NCBI GenBank assembly: GCA_020891255.1
Contig: BQFW01000012.1
Coordinates: forward strand, 2,046,001-2,110,000
DNA: 64,000 bases
Origin: Entomortierella parvispora E1425
Taxonomy: Eukaryota; Fungi; Mortierellomycota
Direction of reading: 5' to 3'
The position numbers and the translations under genes were made by a program. The notes beneath the pieces are model-generated. The model searched no databases and had not been told where the DNA came from. It saw nothing but the letters and a program-made list of their open reading frames with translations. Shown here piece by piece: positions 24,355-37,259 of the stretch (its first letter is position 1; every line of letters begins with the position of its first letter).

Positions 24355-27300
24355 CTTGTGTATGTGAGTATGTGGAGGTGGAGGTGAAGGGGGCAGCGAG
24401 GCTATTGTCCGAGGAAGAGAGTGATGCGGACAGGCACGGTGCAGTGGGGGTGTATTGGACAAGTGAGACAGCGGAGAGAGGAAAGTACGAAAGAGAGATG
24501 TACGCAGAGATGAGAGGGTGCAATGAGGGAGTGGGTGTGTGCGTCAAAGATGAAGACGAGGCGAGCGAAGCACAGAGGAGAAAGAGATGAGAGAGTCGGT
24601 AAGAGTGAAGAAGAAGAGAAGAAAAGAAGAAAGAAAAGGAGAAACTGAAGAGAAGAAGGGAAAGAAAAAGGAAGGAAAGGGTCTGCTGCCAAGGAACTGC
24701 GTGAACCAAGCAACAGCGCCGAGATTGGACAGGGCCAGTGAGGAGCTGCCTTTTTCCGACAAGTTGGCTGTAATTTCGGGCCGGGCGTTGATTTTGCTGG
24801 CAGACAATGGACAACTGGGCTGGGGGCTGGGCCTCCGATTAGGAGTCCATCTGTGATTGCACAGGGCGAAACCAGACCACCCAGCAGCCCTGCTCCTCTG
24901 TCCACTGGGCCTCTTTTTTTGTCCAGCTGGCCCAACAGACCTCGATATATTTCCAGCTGCGATTTTTACCGAGGATTCGAGCGACTGAGGGGCAATGGGT
25001 AAATTATGGGATTGGATTTGGGAATCGAGAGCACTTTTTTTTCTTGCCCGCCGCTCTTCGTTCAATTCAATCCGTGCCTTACTCTTTAACTCACCTGCCT
25101 ATCTTTGGTTGGTTGTTTTTCCCCCACCCTGCCACACTTGTTTGCCACCCCCTCCTTCGTCACAGCTGCACCAACTGCGCGGCCTCCTACTGACTATGAA
25201 CAGATATCGAGGAGGAAACTGCAATCTGTAGTAGCGTCGCTGTCTTTTTCCACAAAAAAAAAAAAAATGGAATAAAGGTCTTTGTTATCGATAGCCGGTA
25301 ACAACGCCATTGTCTTCAACTCGGTCTCTACAATTTATTTTGCGGTCTGCTCACACACCGCGCATGCACACTCTAGAAGCAGTATCGAGAATGTAGTTCG
25401 CAACAGCCAGCTTTCCACCAGAAGGTAGACTATTATTGCCTGAACTTCTTCTCCCCCCTGCCCACAATTGTCGGGTGGATCGGCAGTGGAGGGAAAGGAA
25501 GGGAAAGGAATGAAGATGGTCCGTCTCCTCCCTCGGAATTGGACACACCACATGGATTACACTTGGTCAGCAATATAACCCCCCTCGAAATAGAACGAAA
25601 AAATGCCTCAGTGCTAAACAAAAAGAAAAAATTGGAATCACAACCCAGCACCCTCGTCGTGCTTCCTTGGGTTAGAACTTTCAACTGAGAGCACCCACCG
25701 CAGGGCATCAAAAAGGAAAACAAACACGGCCCAGGGCTTGAATACGGTTCAATTGGACCAGCCTTGGCTCAAAAGAGAAAACGACACAGGTTGGGTCGTT
25801 TACATTTCTCCGTTTTGGGTTTGTTTGGCACCAACAGAGCGCTCCGACAACGACACCAATCCCCAGCCAGCCAGTCGATTTGCTCTCCCCGTCTGGAGCT
25901 CAAAAAAAATGCAAGAAATCGCAACTGTCCAACTGCCACTTTTTTTTTTCCAACTCTTTTTTGCGTTTTACTGGTGGGACAAAGAAGACCCTACACCCCC
26001 TTCCACTCAGTTCGGTCATCTGTCCACGAGGACAAACCATTCAAAGCACCCCTGATGTTTACCCAGGACCCAAGCTTTTTCCACTTGCATGGCTCAAAAC
26101 GATTCGATGAACGTTTGACAACTGTGTCCCAGTGGACAACGTTTTGTGATACTTTTCCTCGGGTCCTCCGGAAAAAAGGGTAAAAAAAAGTCGACACAAT
26201 TCTTCTTCCGCATCCATAGAGTGACACGCAAATGACCCAAAAGTCCCAAACTCTCTCTCGGTTCACCTGCACCCTTCTTGGCATAGTCTGGTTTCCTTTT
26301 GAAACATCCTTCCCTCGTTTTGCCCGCCTCCATCATTTCACCGTCATGGCTAGGGAAATATTTGCTGGCTCATCACTGCGCTAGGGGTTTAGTATAAAAA
26401 ATGTCATAAAGGGGAGAAGGGGAAGGGTCAGAGCAGAGCGTCCCAGAAGACCAGACCGTGCATTGACTACATGTACATTGAAAATAGAGTCAAAATAGTA
26501 TTCGACAAACCCTCGGATATTCCTTGATCCCCCTCTTTCCTGATGCAGGAACGCACGCCACAGAAGACAGGTTAACCCTCTATTTTACTTCGCCCCACAT
26601 GTTCTCCAGGACGTAGTCAACATACCCAGTCGACAAAAAAAAATCGGATTTACCCATGAGTGTACGAGTTCGTTCGGCTTTTTTTTTTTTCTAAACAAAA
26701 AAAAAATTTATTTTGTGGGCTGTGAACGACGACAAATCATTTTTGTCCAATGAGCCGCCACCCTATCAAAAATTGCAGACGGCGGAGCCCCCCGCACAGA
26801 GAGATAGGCATTTACCCGAGAGATTGTGTGCTCACCGGCAATATAGATGCTGTTTTGTTGATTTCTGTGCGCACACGCATGTAGAGAGGGCGTTTGCAAA
26901 AAGCAAAAAAGAACCCGGTAAAAATTCTGGTTGGGATGACCTTGCCCTGCATGTTGGCAAGTTCAAACAAGGAAGGTCTTGTCCATGCGCCTAAATTGGT
27001 GGCGTTCTGATGGGAGGTTTTTTTGGTGGCGAGGCTCACATCTTGTACGGAGCACGTGTGGAAAGAGGCCTGCTTGTCAGGTCAATATCATCTGAAAAGA
27101 GTGAATAAACACGACAGATCCATATTCACAGCGTAGACATGATAGGTCTGCCAATGCTTGTGCCATTTAATGCCTTCAACAAGGCAAAACAGTCCAGGCG
27201 TGTTACTTCATCAGGGCCGCTTTGACCTGTATGATAAAGAGCGACGATGGAACCATTTTGGTGGTGACGACCATTTCCGTGACCTTGACAACATCAAGAA

Positions 27301-30300
27301 AGGAGACAAAATCAATGCCAGAGTTGAGGAGAAGGATAATTTGGGATGCTGCTCGGTTCTCCGAGGCATGGTGAGCGTACCTTGCACCTTGCTTTTCAGA
27401 GACAAGAGGTGGATGCAGCCCTCTTCTTTCTGTTCTCGCACTCAGCTCGTGGAAGGAGGGGGTCGATTGTCCCGACAAAGCGACAAACGCACAGTCCCTC
27501 TTCCCGTGATAATGACCAAAGACTGCTGCAATTTGGAGCTAATCTCAAAGTTGAAAACTTGCCTTTGTTGCCTGTTGCTTCTTTAGTCGTATCTGAAAGT
27601 AGTGGCGAATATCGAGAATTGCGGCACATGTGGGTTGTTCTTGTGGCATTTATTCGAATCGTAGTCTTCTGGATTCTCTTTGTTTCGTGGATCCTGATTA
27701 ACCTCGAAGCTTGAAGGTGCCATTAAACGTCGTGAGATCGATAACATGAGCAAGAGAATAAGAAGAGGAAGAAATGAGCAAGAGGAGGGAAAACCTGAGG
27801 AAGTTCTTGGATGGAAGTAGATCAGAAGTGGTACTCCCTCTTAAAGGGAAAAAAAAAAACTTTGATCGCGACCTGGCTCGTCCCCCTGAGTCTCTTTCCC
27901 GGATCTGGCAAGAGTTTATTGACGCGCCATCAGATCATCCTCCGAATCCCAATGAACATCCCGTCATCTTCATCTTTGGCAAGCAGTTCAGGTCAAGCAA
28001 TCGTCTTTTGTACCATTGCTGCACGTCATAGACTTTTCATTCTTACCCTGTTCTTCGAAGAACGTGCTCCGACCCTCATGAATTGACTTGATTCTTCCCC
28101 TCCGATGCTTCCATTGTCTGTATCAATAGCCGGCCTTCCACAGTCTTGGTTTGCTCAAGCCTCGATATTACTTCTTTGCCTTGCCAGTCATTTACTTTCC
28201 TGAACATGACACATACGATCGTTGGAAAAGAGCAGATGGTTTCTCAATGGAGAGGAGACTTTGGTTCCAGAATAACGGGTTCGAGACTTTCCCCACAGGA
28301 AATCTCTTCACATAGCCCAATGATGAATCTTGATTACCTTCTTTTTTTCCACAGGAGTTTACTCTGTTTCTCTTTTCTTTTTACTGACCAGAAGCCTCCA
28401 TTTGTTCAAGCCGACTCTCAAGTTACAAGTGAGGTCACAAACTAGACGACGCTGAAACAATTGCAATCCCCTTGACCGCGAAGATGTCGGACCATCAACT
28501 CAACGCTACCCTGACAGCAAGAGGCAGTGTGGACGGTTCTGATGTCCTCCGACACCTTTGAATGATTAATCGAGAACGTAAAACCATCCTGCTCAGTTTG
28601 TTCGTGTTGACCGGCGAGGAGATATGAGATCTGAAGGTGTAACTGACGCGAAGTCATTGAGCCGGGCTAAAAGTCCAAATGTTCAATTCAAGAAGAGCCT
28701 CACTGAATCCGAGCGACGGGATTTTGCCATCTGCAAGATCTTTGATTAAGCAATCTCAGTTCAACTTGAACCCTCGCATGGGCGTGGAGGTTGTTGCAAC
28801 TGATTCCTCGGCCCCCAGTTTTGCGACATGCCATTTGATAACCAATGGGCAGAGCTGCTGGTACACCGTGCATTGTTTGTTTACCACAGCATGCCGTGCG
28901 CAGACTGATGCCCCAATGGAGCTATGGATCAGGAAGGAAGAAAAGGGTTGTTTGGATGCATATTTGTCGCACAAAACACATGCAAAATTGTGGTTGCTCT
29001 GTGGCGCCAATGGAGGGAATAGCTCCGAGGGATGGGTGCTTGTCTTTCCCATAACGCTAGGAAAAAAAAACGAAAGTTGTTCTCAGTGTCAAGACGTATC
29101 AATGGCAAGGTGTATCAATGGTAGGAGGAAAGGTCTGCTGTCGATTTGGACGTTGGATAGAAGATGCAAAGAGCTAGAAATAGAACCATGTTACACATGC
29201 CCTAACCATTTTTGACCAGAGGAATGCAGCGCGTAGCTCTCGTGAGGTTTTATCTCCACAATGAATGCTGTCTGTGTCGGTGCGTCAGTAAGCGCGTTTC
29301 TGACCAATTGCTTCGTGAGGCGCGCCTCAGTACCATTTGTCCCCAAAGATCTGACATTGCACCCAGGGAAGCGCTCCTGTTGCATAGAGCAAGCCGCATC
29401 GCTGGTCATTGCTATGGATAAATTGTAGCTTCCTCTCGTCCTGGTTCAGCCGCGATCCAGCAGCACTGCAAGAGTTGACGGACTTGGCGGTACTTGTGGG
29501 CGGTGAGTAGATTTGCTCGCTTCTGCAACTGGGGTGACCCCTCTCCTCTCCTCGAAGGCAGGCGCAATTGGTCTTCCGCATTGGCAAGTCCTTAAATTAT
29601 CAGCCCATGCAATGGCGTTAATGCAACTGTTGCTGCTGGAGGCATTACAAGTACCGGAATGTTGACTCTGGACCACCTTGAAGTATTGGCGCGATGGGTA
29701 CCTGTTTAATTATACCCTCGCGGTAATGTCCTTTTCGATGAGCGACATCCCACTCCCTGCATGTGGCTCAAGTTGGTTGGACTCCTCTGAACAACATGCG
29801 GTATTTTGTATGCTTTTAGTTCCTTTTCTCTCGTGTTCCCTCTCTCTCGTGTTCTCTTTCTCGTGTTCCCTCTCAGGGCAGGAGTTGCGACTGGGTGCTG
29901 TCCTTTCATCTGTGACGCCTCAATTGAGCACCACCCTTCTGCTTTCGTTCCCTTGGTTCCCTTTTTTTCACCCTTCGATCCAATGTGACGGGTCTACCGA
30001 AAGGGACATTTGATTTTTTTTTTTTTTTTTTGCTCAGAGAACTGGACTCAGGACTGAAGTTCAAAAAGAATTTTTTCATGTCAATACGAAAAGGGCTGTC
30101 AAATCCTCAAAAGAAAAAAAAACCTTGTGCGAAAATGGACCGAGGACCGGTCTGCGCGGATATTCTCTTTGTACTGTTTCTCAGGGCTCGAACCTCAAAA
30201 AAGGCCAAAAAAAAAAAAAAAACGCAAATCGTAAAAATAATAATCTCCACGAGCACGACAACAACAGCACGCCTTGTCTCAATCTCAATCGCACGATGAT

Positions 30301-31204
30301 GGACCTTTCTCAGTTTCGCTCAATCGAATTCCGGCCCTGTTTGTTCCTGACCTAGTGGGGTGGCCACATTGCAAGCGCTATCGTAGCAATTGTGCTTTTG
30401 GCGTGCACCCTTTTTTTTTTATTCCTTTGGACTTGTTGGATTTGCCCGTCTTTGAGATCGACTCCCCCCATCCCCGAACTCACCCCACCTCAATGATCTT
30501 CGAATGCTTCATTGTTATTGTCTTCTGTTTATTCGTTTTGTGTGCGCGCCACAATGGGATGGGAATGAGACACGAGTCAAGAATTGATCAAGAATTGCCT
30601 CAACTCTGGAGGACCGATGGGTGGGTGAACCAACCACTGGGCGCTCCTCCACGTCCCCTCTTGCCACGCCTTGCCCATTCCCTTGCGAGCCCGTAGACTG
30701 CTCACTTTGTATCTCGTCTTTCGGCTTCCCAATTGGCAGATGCAGTTGTTTTTATTTTTTTTTCTTGTGTCCTTCATGTCCATGTTGAACTTCCTCCCCT
30801 TATCCCATTCTCAGCAGCAGGTGGGTGTTTGGTAGAACAACCAAAGTTCACATACGTGAAATCGGATCAGAAAACTGCGAAGGGACGAGCAATTGGATTG
30901 CATCCAGAACCAAAACAATAGAAAAAAAAATTGTGCAAAATCGGACCCGGCAACCCTAAGCCGACGGAGCATCGAGATCTTCCCAGACAGCCAAGGAGAA
31001 GGGCAGGAAGGCCGCTTTTGTTCTCTTCCACACGCCACATCTCCGACCTGTTCTCATGTGCCGCACCGTGTGGTGTCGTGTCTTTGGAAGGGCAGAAACA
31101 AAGCAGAAAGGGGTGCGAGAGCTATCAGATACTGTCGGGGCAAGGTTCATTTGTGCGTGCGGGGTTATGTTGTTATCTGCAAGTCCATTCGTCCATCAAG
31201 ACGC

Positions 31205-31210
31205 TATAAA
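31205..31210 (+). promoter_or_regulatory. Candidate TATA box of the ODC gene
   Basis: TATAAA directly before a long pyrimidine-rich, AUG-free leader. Confidence 0.4.
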
Positions 31211-31469
31211 ACCGCTCTGTGTCCCCTTCCGTCGTTTCTCTTTTTCTTTTCTTCTTTTCTCCTCACAGTTTTCTGTACATCCCACTTCCCACCATCTGCC
31301 CACCCAGCATCAACAGCTTCATCCCTGTTTCCAAAACACACACTTCCTTCCCCCCCTTCTTCTATTCCCAACAACCAACCCCAGCATCCTCCACCAGGGA
31401 TCCTCAGCTCTCCAACTGTTACTTTCTCTAGTCAGTTCCCCCCGTCGCCACTTTCAAATCTGCTAGACA

Positions 31470-31703
31470 GTGCACAACCTTTCTGTTGTCTATTTTCTTC
31501 TTCGTTTTTTCTTTAAAAAACACCCCCAACCTCCACCTTTCTCCCTGAAAAGAGATCCCCGGGCTTCCACCCATTTCCCATCTAGGCAGGCCGTTCACCT
31601 TCGGTTTGCTATTAACATCACGGCGCTACGCAACAGTAAAATCAGTTCCATTCTCTTTCGGCGATCGCCTCCCTGGCTTCCCGAGAACCAAGGTCTTGTC
31701 TGA
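31470..31703 (+). promoter_or_regulatory. Non-AUG upstream ORF with PPW motif (uCC-like) in the ODC leader
   Basis: Stop-free frame 31467-31703 with no ATG, ending ...LFRRSPPWLPENQGLV*. PPW codons at 31668-31676. In-frame near-cognate starts are GTG 31470, CTG 31545, ATT 31611 and ACG 31620 (context aacatcACGg). The stop lies 292 nt upstream of the ODC ATG. Confidence 0.75.
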
Positions 31704-31995
31704 ATTACTCTTTGTCTTCAGGCACACCTTTTCAAAAAAACGAACCTCGTTTTCCACTCTACTTCTATTATCGCACATCCTATTGGGAAGCTTTACTTCC
31801 GTCTTTTAGTCCCCCGTCCGTCCCTTTTGTGTCCTCCCTCCCTTCAACTCGTCTCGAAGCCCTGTCCAGGCCCACCCGAGAGAGTCCTCCCCTTCCCCTA
31901 AAACAAAGAAAAAACAACCCGCAGTAGTCCTGCTCCTCCTCCCCCGCGCTTTTTTTTCTATTACTTTTCCCCTACCCCTTGTCGTTTATTAAGCC

Positions 31996-33625
31996 ATGAT
32001 CGACATTTCGCTCCAGCAAGACCAGTTCGAGGTCGTCCCCACCTTGGTCCAGCCCACCTTGGTCGAGGTTCTCAAGTCCCGTGTCAAGGCCGACATGGCA
32101 CGCGAGGCTCAATTGCCCCAGGTCCACACCCTGCCCATCGATCAGATGTTGAACGCCCGTCTCGCCTCCTTTGATCCCGAGAGCGAGGACGCCGAGGCCG
32201 AGAATGCTTTTTACGTTGCCGATCTGGGCGAGGTTTACCGCCAGCACTTGCGCTGGAAGGCTCTTTTGCCCCGAATTGAGCCCTTCTTTGGTAAGTAAAA
32301 TCAAAGCCAATTGCTCTCTTTTGCAGGAATGGAAAAGGAACAACAACAATGGGTGGTTTCAGTGTTGTGGCTTTCCAGGGACGACCAGTTACGTCCTTTT
32401 GGGTTGCGCGCAGTCTCTCCAAAAGATTTTTTTTCCCTTTTCTTTCACGGACCCTGACCCAGGTCATTCCGACGGGGACCAATCTGACTTGTGTCGGTGT
32501 TTATCAGCGGAATAATAACACCGATCCCCTCCACCTCTCGTCAAACTAGCCATGAAGTGCAACCCTGACCCTATGGTGATGCGCCTTCTGGCCTCGCTCG
32601 GTGCCGGTTTCGACTGTGCTTCCAAGAACGAGATCCAGTCTGTGCTTGAGATGGGCGTCGACCCCAGCCGCATCATCTACGCCAACCCTTGCAAGCAGAA
32701 CTCGTTTGTCAAATATGCCCGCACCAACAATGTTCATATGATGACCTTTGACAACGCGGAGGAGCTGCACAAGATCAAGCGCTTCCACCCCGATGCTCAA
32801 TTGGTTCTTCGCATCTTGACCGACGACTCCAAGTCTCTCTGCAAGCTTGGACTCAAGTTTGGCGCACCTTTGGACACCACTGGATTCTTGCTGGCCACCG
32901 CCAGGGAGCTGAACCTGAACGTCATCGGAATCAGTTTCCACGTTGGCAGTGGATGCTTCGATGCCAATGCCTTTGGCGAAGCTGTCATCCGTGCCCGCCG
33001 TGTGTTTGATCAGGCCAAGGACTATGGCTTCGAGTTCAACTTTTTGGACGTTGGAGGTGGATTCCCATCGGCTCATGTGACTGAAGGGATCACATTTGAG
33101 AAGGTGGCTTCCATCTTGGGGTCGACCGTCGACTCTTTGTTCGGCCCTGAGGTTCGTGTCATTGCCGAGCCCGGTCGTTACTACGTGGGTTCGGCTTTCA
33201 CCCTCGCGACCCAGGTCATTGCCCGCCGTACCATTGCCCGCGACCTCGGCGAGATCTTGTCGACTGAGCAGAGCCAGAACCCCTCGCACATGTACTACAT
33301 TAACGACGGCATGTACGGTTCTTTCAACTGCATCATGTTTGACCACCAGGTCTGCGAGCCCAAGGTGCTCCTCAAGGACGGAGGATTTGCCTACAAGACC
33401 GCTGTGAACGAGCCCCATGGCTACGCTTCGGTCTGGGGCCCCACCTGTGACAGCATTGATTGCATCTCAGCCAAGTCGAGCTTGCCTCTTTTGGAGACGG
33501 GCGATTGGCTCTACTTTGAGAACATGGGTGCATATACCATTACCGCTGCCAGTCAGTTCAACGGATTCCGCAAGAGCGAGATTATGTACACTACCACAGA
33601 GCAGGAGGTTACCTTTCACTTCTAG
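31996..33625 (+). CDS. SPE1: Ornithine decarboxylase (PLP-dependent)
   Basis: Exons 31996-32290 and 32550-33625. AFYVADLGEV, PFF|AMKCNPD (PLP lysine), GFDCASKNEI, IIYANPCK, GISFHVGSG, LDVGGGF, IAEPGRYY, WGPTCDSID (catalytic Cys), MGAYT...FNGF. The catalytic residues are intact, so this is an enzyme and not an antizyme inhibitor. Confidence 0.97.
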
Positions 33626-34162
33626 GGAAGAAATGAAAGAAACTGAGGAACTCTGAGGAGTTGTTTTCTTTTTCCTACCAAAAAAAAAAAAAAAAAAAGA
33701 AACAAAGTGGTGTAATTGATGATAACAAGGACAGTTATCGTCTACAGAAGTCTTGACTCGAGTTGACGACCTTTTTGCCCTGACTTAAAGCGAATTAGTT
33801 CTGCTTTGTTCTCTTTTTTTTTCTTCGATCTTCAAAATGAGAATAAAAACTGGATTCGTTTATACAACTCCTTTTCTCCGGCATGTACCGTATGTTTGTC
33901 GATCGGGCCACCTAGACTATAAATGCTGAATACCAGGCAACCGAGAGGTTGTTGCACTTTGTGGGAAGAACAACTGGATGCTGCTGCGACCCAAAACCCG
34001 CCCTGAAATGAACCCCTCTGTGGTGGGCCATTGGATGTTGTGATTTTGCCACCAAAATATTTTGCCTTCAGCCACACGCGCAACGCGTCGACGCTCTTTG
34101 CCCCTTGCCCTCTTGTTTTTATTCTCCCCTTCCGCCTTTTCTGCAGACACCCAACAGCAACG

Positions 34163-37100
34163 ATGCAACCGCGGGAGCCAGTCGAGGACTTGGGCCATGT
34201 GCTCACTCAATCCGCTACCAGAAATGCCGTGGATGGAGCAAGGGCCTCAGGTCCATCAGGGCAGACCATGCAACAGCAGCAACCACAGGCACAGCAGCGT
34301 TCTGCGACCAAGACAAAGGAGCCGAGATCCCGTCCACCTGGAGATTCAAACCAGCCCCAGCCCCAGCGACCACCAACTCCTACAATGTCAATCTCGGCTG
34401 CCACTTCTACCAGTGACAACAACATCACCCCTCCTTCCACCAAACAATGGGCACGTCCTCAGGCACCAGCGCAACGTCCAAACATACCGGATTCGACTCC
34501 ATCTACGTTTCCTCAATGGGGTGCCTTGGAGGCGGCGATGAACACTGTGAGGCAGGTTCAGCAGATGGAGCGGAAGACGCAAGGTGACTCATTATGCCCC
34601 TCATTGTCGTTGCCAGTTGACAGGGTGATGGTGAACATGACGCTAACCATATTTCCGCCCTCAAATTACAGCACTTGAAGAAGAAAACCAAAAGCTCAAG
34701 GGTCAACTGGCAGAGATGAAAACCAATGCTATCAACTGGTGCATGCTAGCAAAATCCTACCAGCAGGACCGGAACTACATTGGCGTTCAACTCTCGGAAC
34801 TGGAGGTCAAGCTCGCGCAGGCTCAAAGGCGCCCCGGTTCCAGTTCAGATACGGTGCCAGCAAAAGGAGCGGCTACAACAGCAACAGCAGCGCGGACCGC
34901 GGCTGAGAAAGGCGCCTCTGGAGCAATTGTATCTATGGATGATGTTGTGAGTCAATCCATTTCTCAACTCTTGGATACAGTGTAAGAAGCCTTTCTGACA
35001 TGGGCGGAGGTGCTATCACTAGTCTGTCTATTAGGATTTTTTTGTTGAACCACGGTGTCTTCTTTTTTTCATATAGGGCCAATACCAACAATGGAGTCGA
35101 GCCAAGGTTACCACCTCTCAGCAAAGGGCATTATTCGATGGAAAAAAAAATGCCCAAGGATGGTCCAGACGGAGCTTCTAAATCTCGACAAACCGGACCT
35201 CTTCGTTCGGTCCTCAAAACATCATCTTCCGTTAGCTCATGTGCCTGTGGATGCCAGGAGGAGCTGCGTGCGTGGAAATTGCGGAGTGCCTTCGCAGAGA
35301 ACCAAATTCCGATCCTAGAAATGCGTTGTGAAAAGCAGAACATTATCTTGGAAGGCTACAAGGCAAAGTGGAGTCAATGGAAGGAAGGTCTTCTTCGAGC
35401 ACAGTATGAGCGTCGACTCAAAGCGGCTATGCCCCATCATATTGCTCGACTCGAGGCAACATCTGATTTACAGCCTGCATCGCTCACCCAAGGATCATTG
35501 AAGAGAACGAGGTTTGCAGCCAACGGCGGTATATTCGACAGTTCTCAACAAAGGAGCACGACTACACAGCAGAACACGCTTTTCAATCAGTTCAGTGCAG
35601 GACTGCCCCTTCGCTCGGTCAGCCCCGTTGGTGTCTCAGTCTCCAGCAAACCTGGGGTTCGCTTTGGAAGCGGGTCGGCCACGGAGCCTCACATTCTCTT
35701 GGACGACAATGACTCTGACGAACGCGACAAAGCGGTGCAGGATCAAGGAAGCAGTATCTCCAGGACATATGTGCTTGATTCCGATGATGACGGATACTCT
35801 GGACCAGAATATGTATCTCAGCCAAAGTCTCTCACGTTTCCCTCGGATTTAGCTCTCCGTCGGCGTCGGCTCTTGTCAGAGGAGGATGAGGAAGAGGAAG
35901 AAGATGGTGAAGCCGAGGGCCACATCGGAAGTATTTCGCCCTCGAAACGGTCCTTGCAGAGAAGAAGTCTTAAGCGGCCGGTCCCCCGAGTGCCTCGAGA
36001 CCAATTACCAGAGGAGGAGGATCATTCCTCTGGGAGACATAGATCAAGTCGAGGAATGCAGTCTTTGGAGTCAGACCGATCATCGCCACCGATGTTTGAG
36101 TACAGTCGTCCTCACATCAAAATTATCGAACATCTAGCTGATCCTGCTGTGACCGAGAACGAGGGAGACGAGTTATCTGAAGCCATGGAGATATCGGTAC
36201 AGGGACCATCAGAAAACAATGGCCAGGCAACAGAGGGTCAATCGGAACCGAATGGTGCCATACCATCCTCAACGCTGGCTCCCAACCCACCTGCAGACAG
36301 CACAAGAGTTAACGAGTCGTCAGGCAGAGGTATCGTGCACAGAACGACACCTGAGAAAGCACAACCCCGAGTATACGTCCCGGAAACGCCGCTGGAATTC
36401 CAAGGAATTACCCCGAGGAAGGATGATGGCCCTCATAGTGTAGTCTCTGGTATGGTAACCTCCAAGCCTCAACAAGATGTCATCCCTCTAGACGATTTCG
36501 ATGCAACGACTGAAAGACCGTCGGCGCGTACTTTGCAAGGTCAAGAACAGGGACAAGGACATGAGCATGATCAAGGCCGAGTTGCTCATGAGCAAGACGG
36601 CTGGCCAGGCCTAGAGGATGACGAGGATCCTAGGTGTGATGGCGATGATAGAGACGCGCTTATGACCGAGGGGCAGGGCACCTCGCGTAGCGCACAGAAG
36701 CAACCGGCGGGAACTGGCGATGAGCGTATCTATAACTTTACAGAGAGACGCAAGGACAAACGAAAGCAGATGCATGCCCACGACTGTGCGTGCTGCCAAA
36801 AGGTAAGAAAAGACGGAATGGATGATCTAAAGAACTGCTTTGACATTATTTGTCCGGAGTTTCCAATGTGGATCTGAACTAAACCTTTCGTCACGCTCAC
36901 ACTCGTTTTTGACGAATGGGTTCTAGTTTTACAAGATAACTGGCGCGTTGCCGCTGCCGGACGGCTATAATGCCTTCTTCACTCCCGCGCCTCGACCCGG
37001 GCAGAAAGAGGTTTGGGAGCAAACCCCGGAAGAGCGACTGCAAGACCGTATTCAGCAGGTATCTCGCCATCGCGTTCAACACGAGGTGCCGCTGACACCT

Positions 37101-37259
37101 CCAGGGTTCTGGGATACGGACTTTCCTCTTACGCCCGAAAGACTTGAATGGGACAGGATTGCAGAAGAAAGGAAGGCACGCAAGAAACAGAGATTGGCTC
37201 ATGAAGAAGCGGTGCGTGATCAGGCGCGTCGTTATGGGCAAGGCCGTAACCGTGATTGA
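34163..37259 (+). CDS. Ctp1/Sae2/CtIP-like DNA end-resection factor
   Basis: Exons 34163-34583, 34672-34981, 35077-36802, 36927-37259. N-terminal coiled coil (ALEEENQKLKGQLAEMK) and the C-terminal SAE2 signature RRKDKRKQMHAHDCACCQK|FY ... VSRHR ... TPPGFWDTDFP. Confidence 0.9.

Noticed and set aside
28442-28657. 71-aa Cys-containing ATG ORF in the large intergenic region
   Set aside because: No signal peptide, motif or supporting splice structure.
32379-32462. Possible 84-nt in-frame cassette exon in the ODC intron
   Set aside because: Weak donor (GTCATT), no branch point upstream of its acceptor, and it would disrupt the PLP-lysine motif.
32546-33418. 290-aa minus-strand ORF
   Set aside because: Antisense shadow of ODC exon 2.
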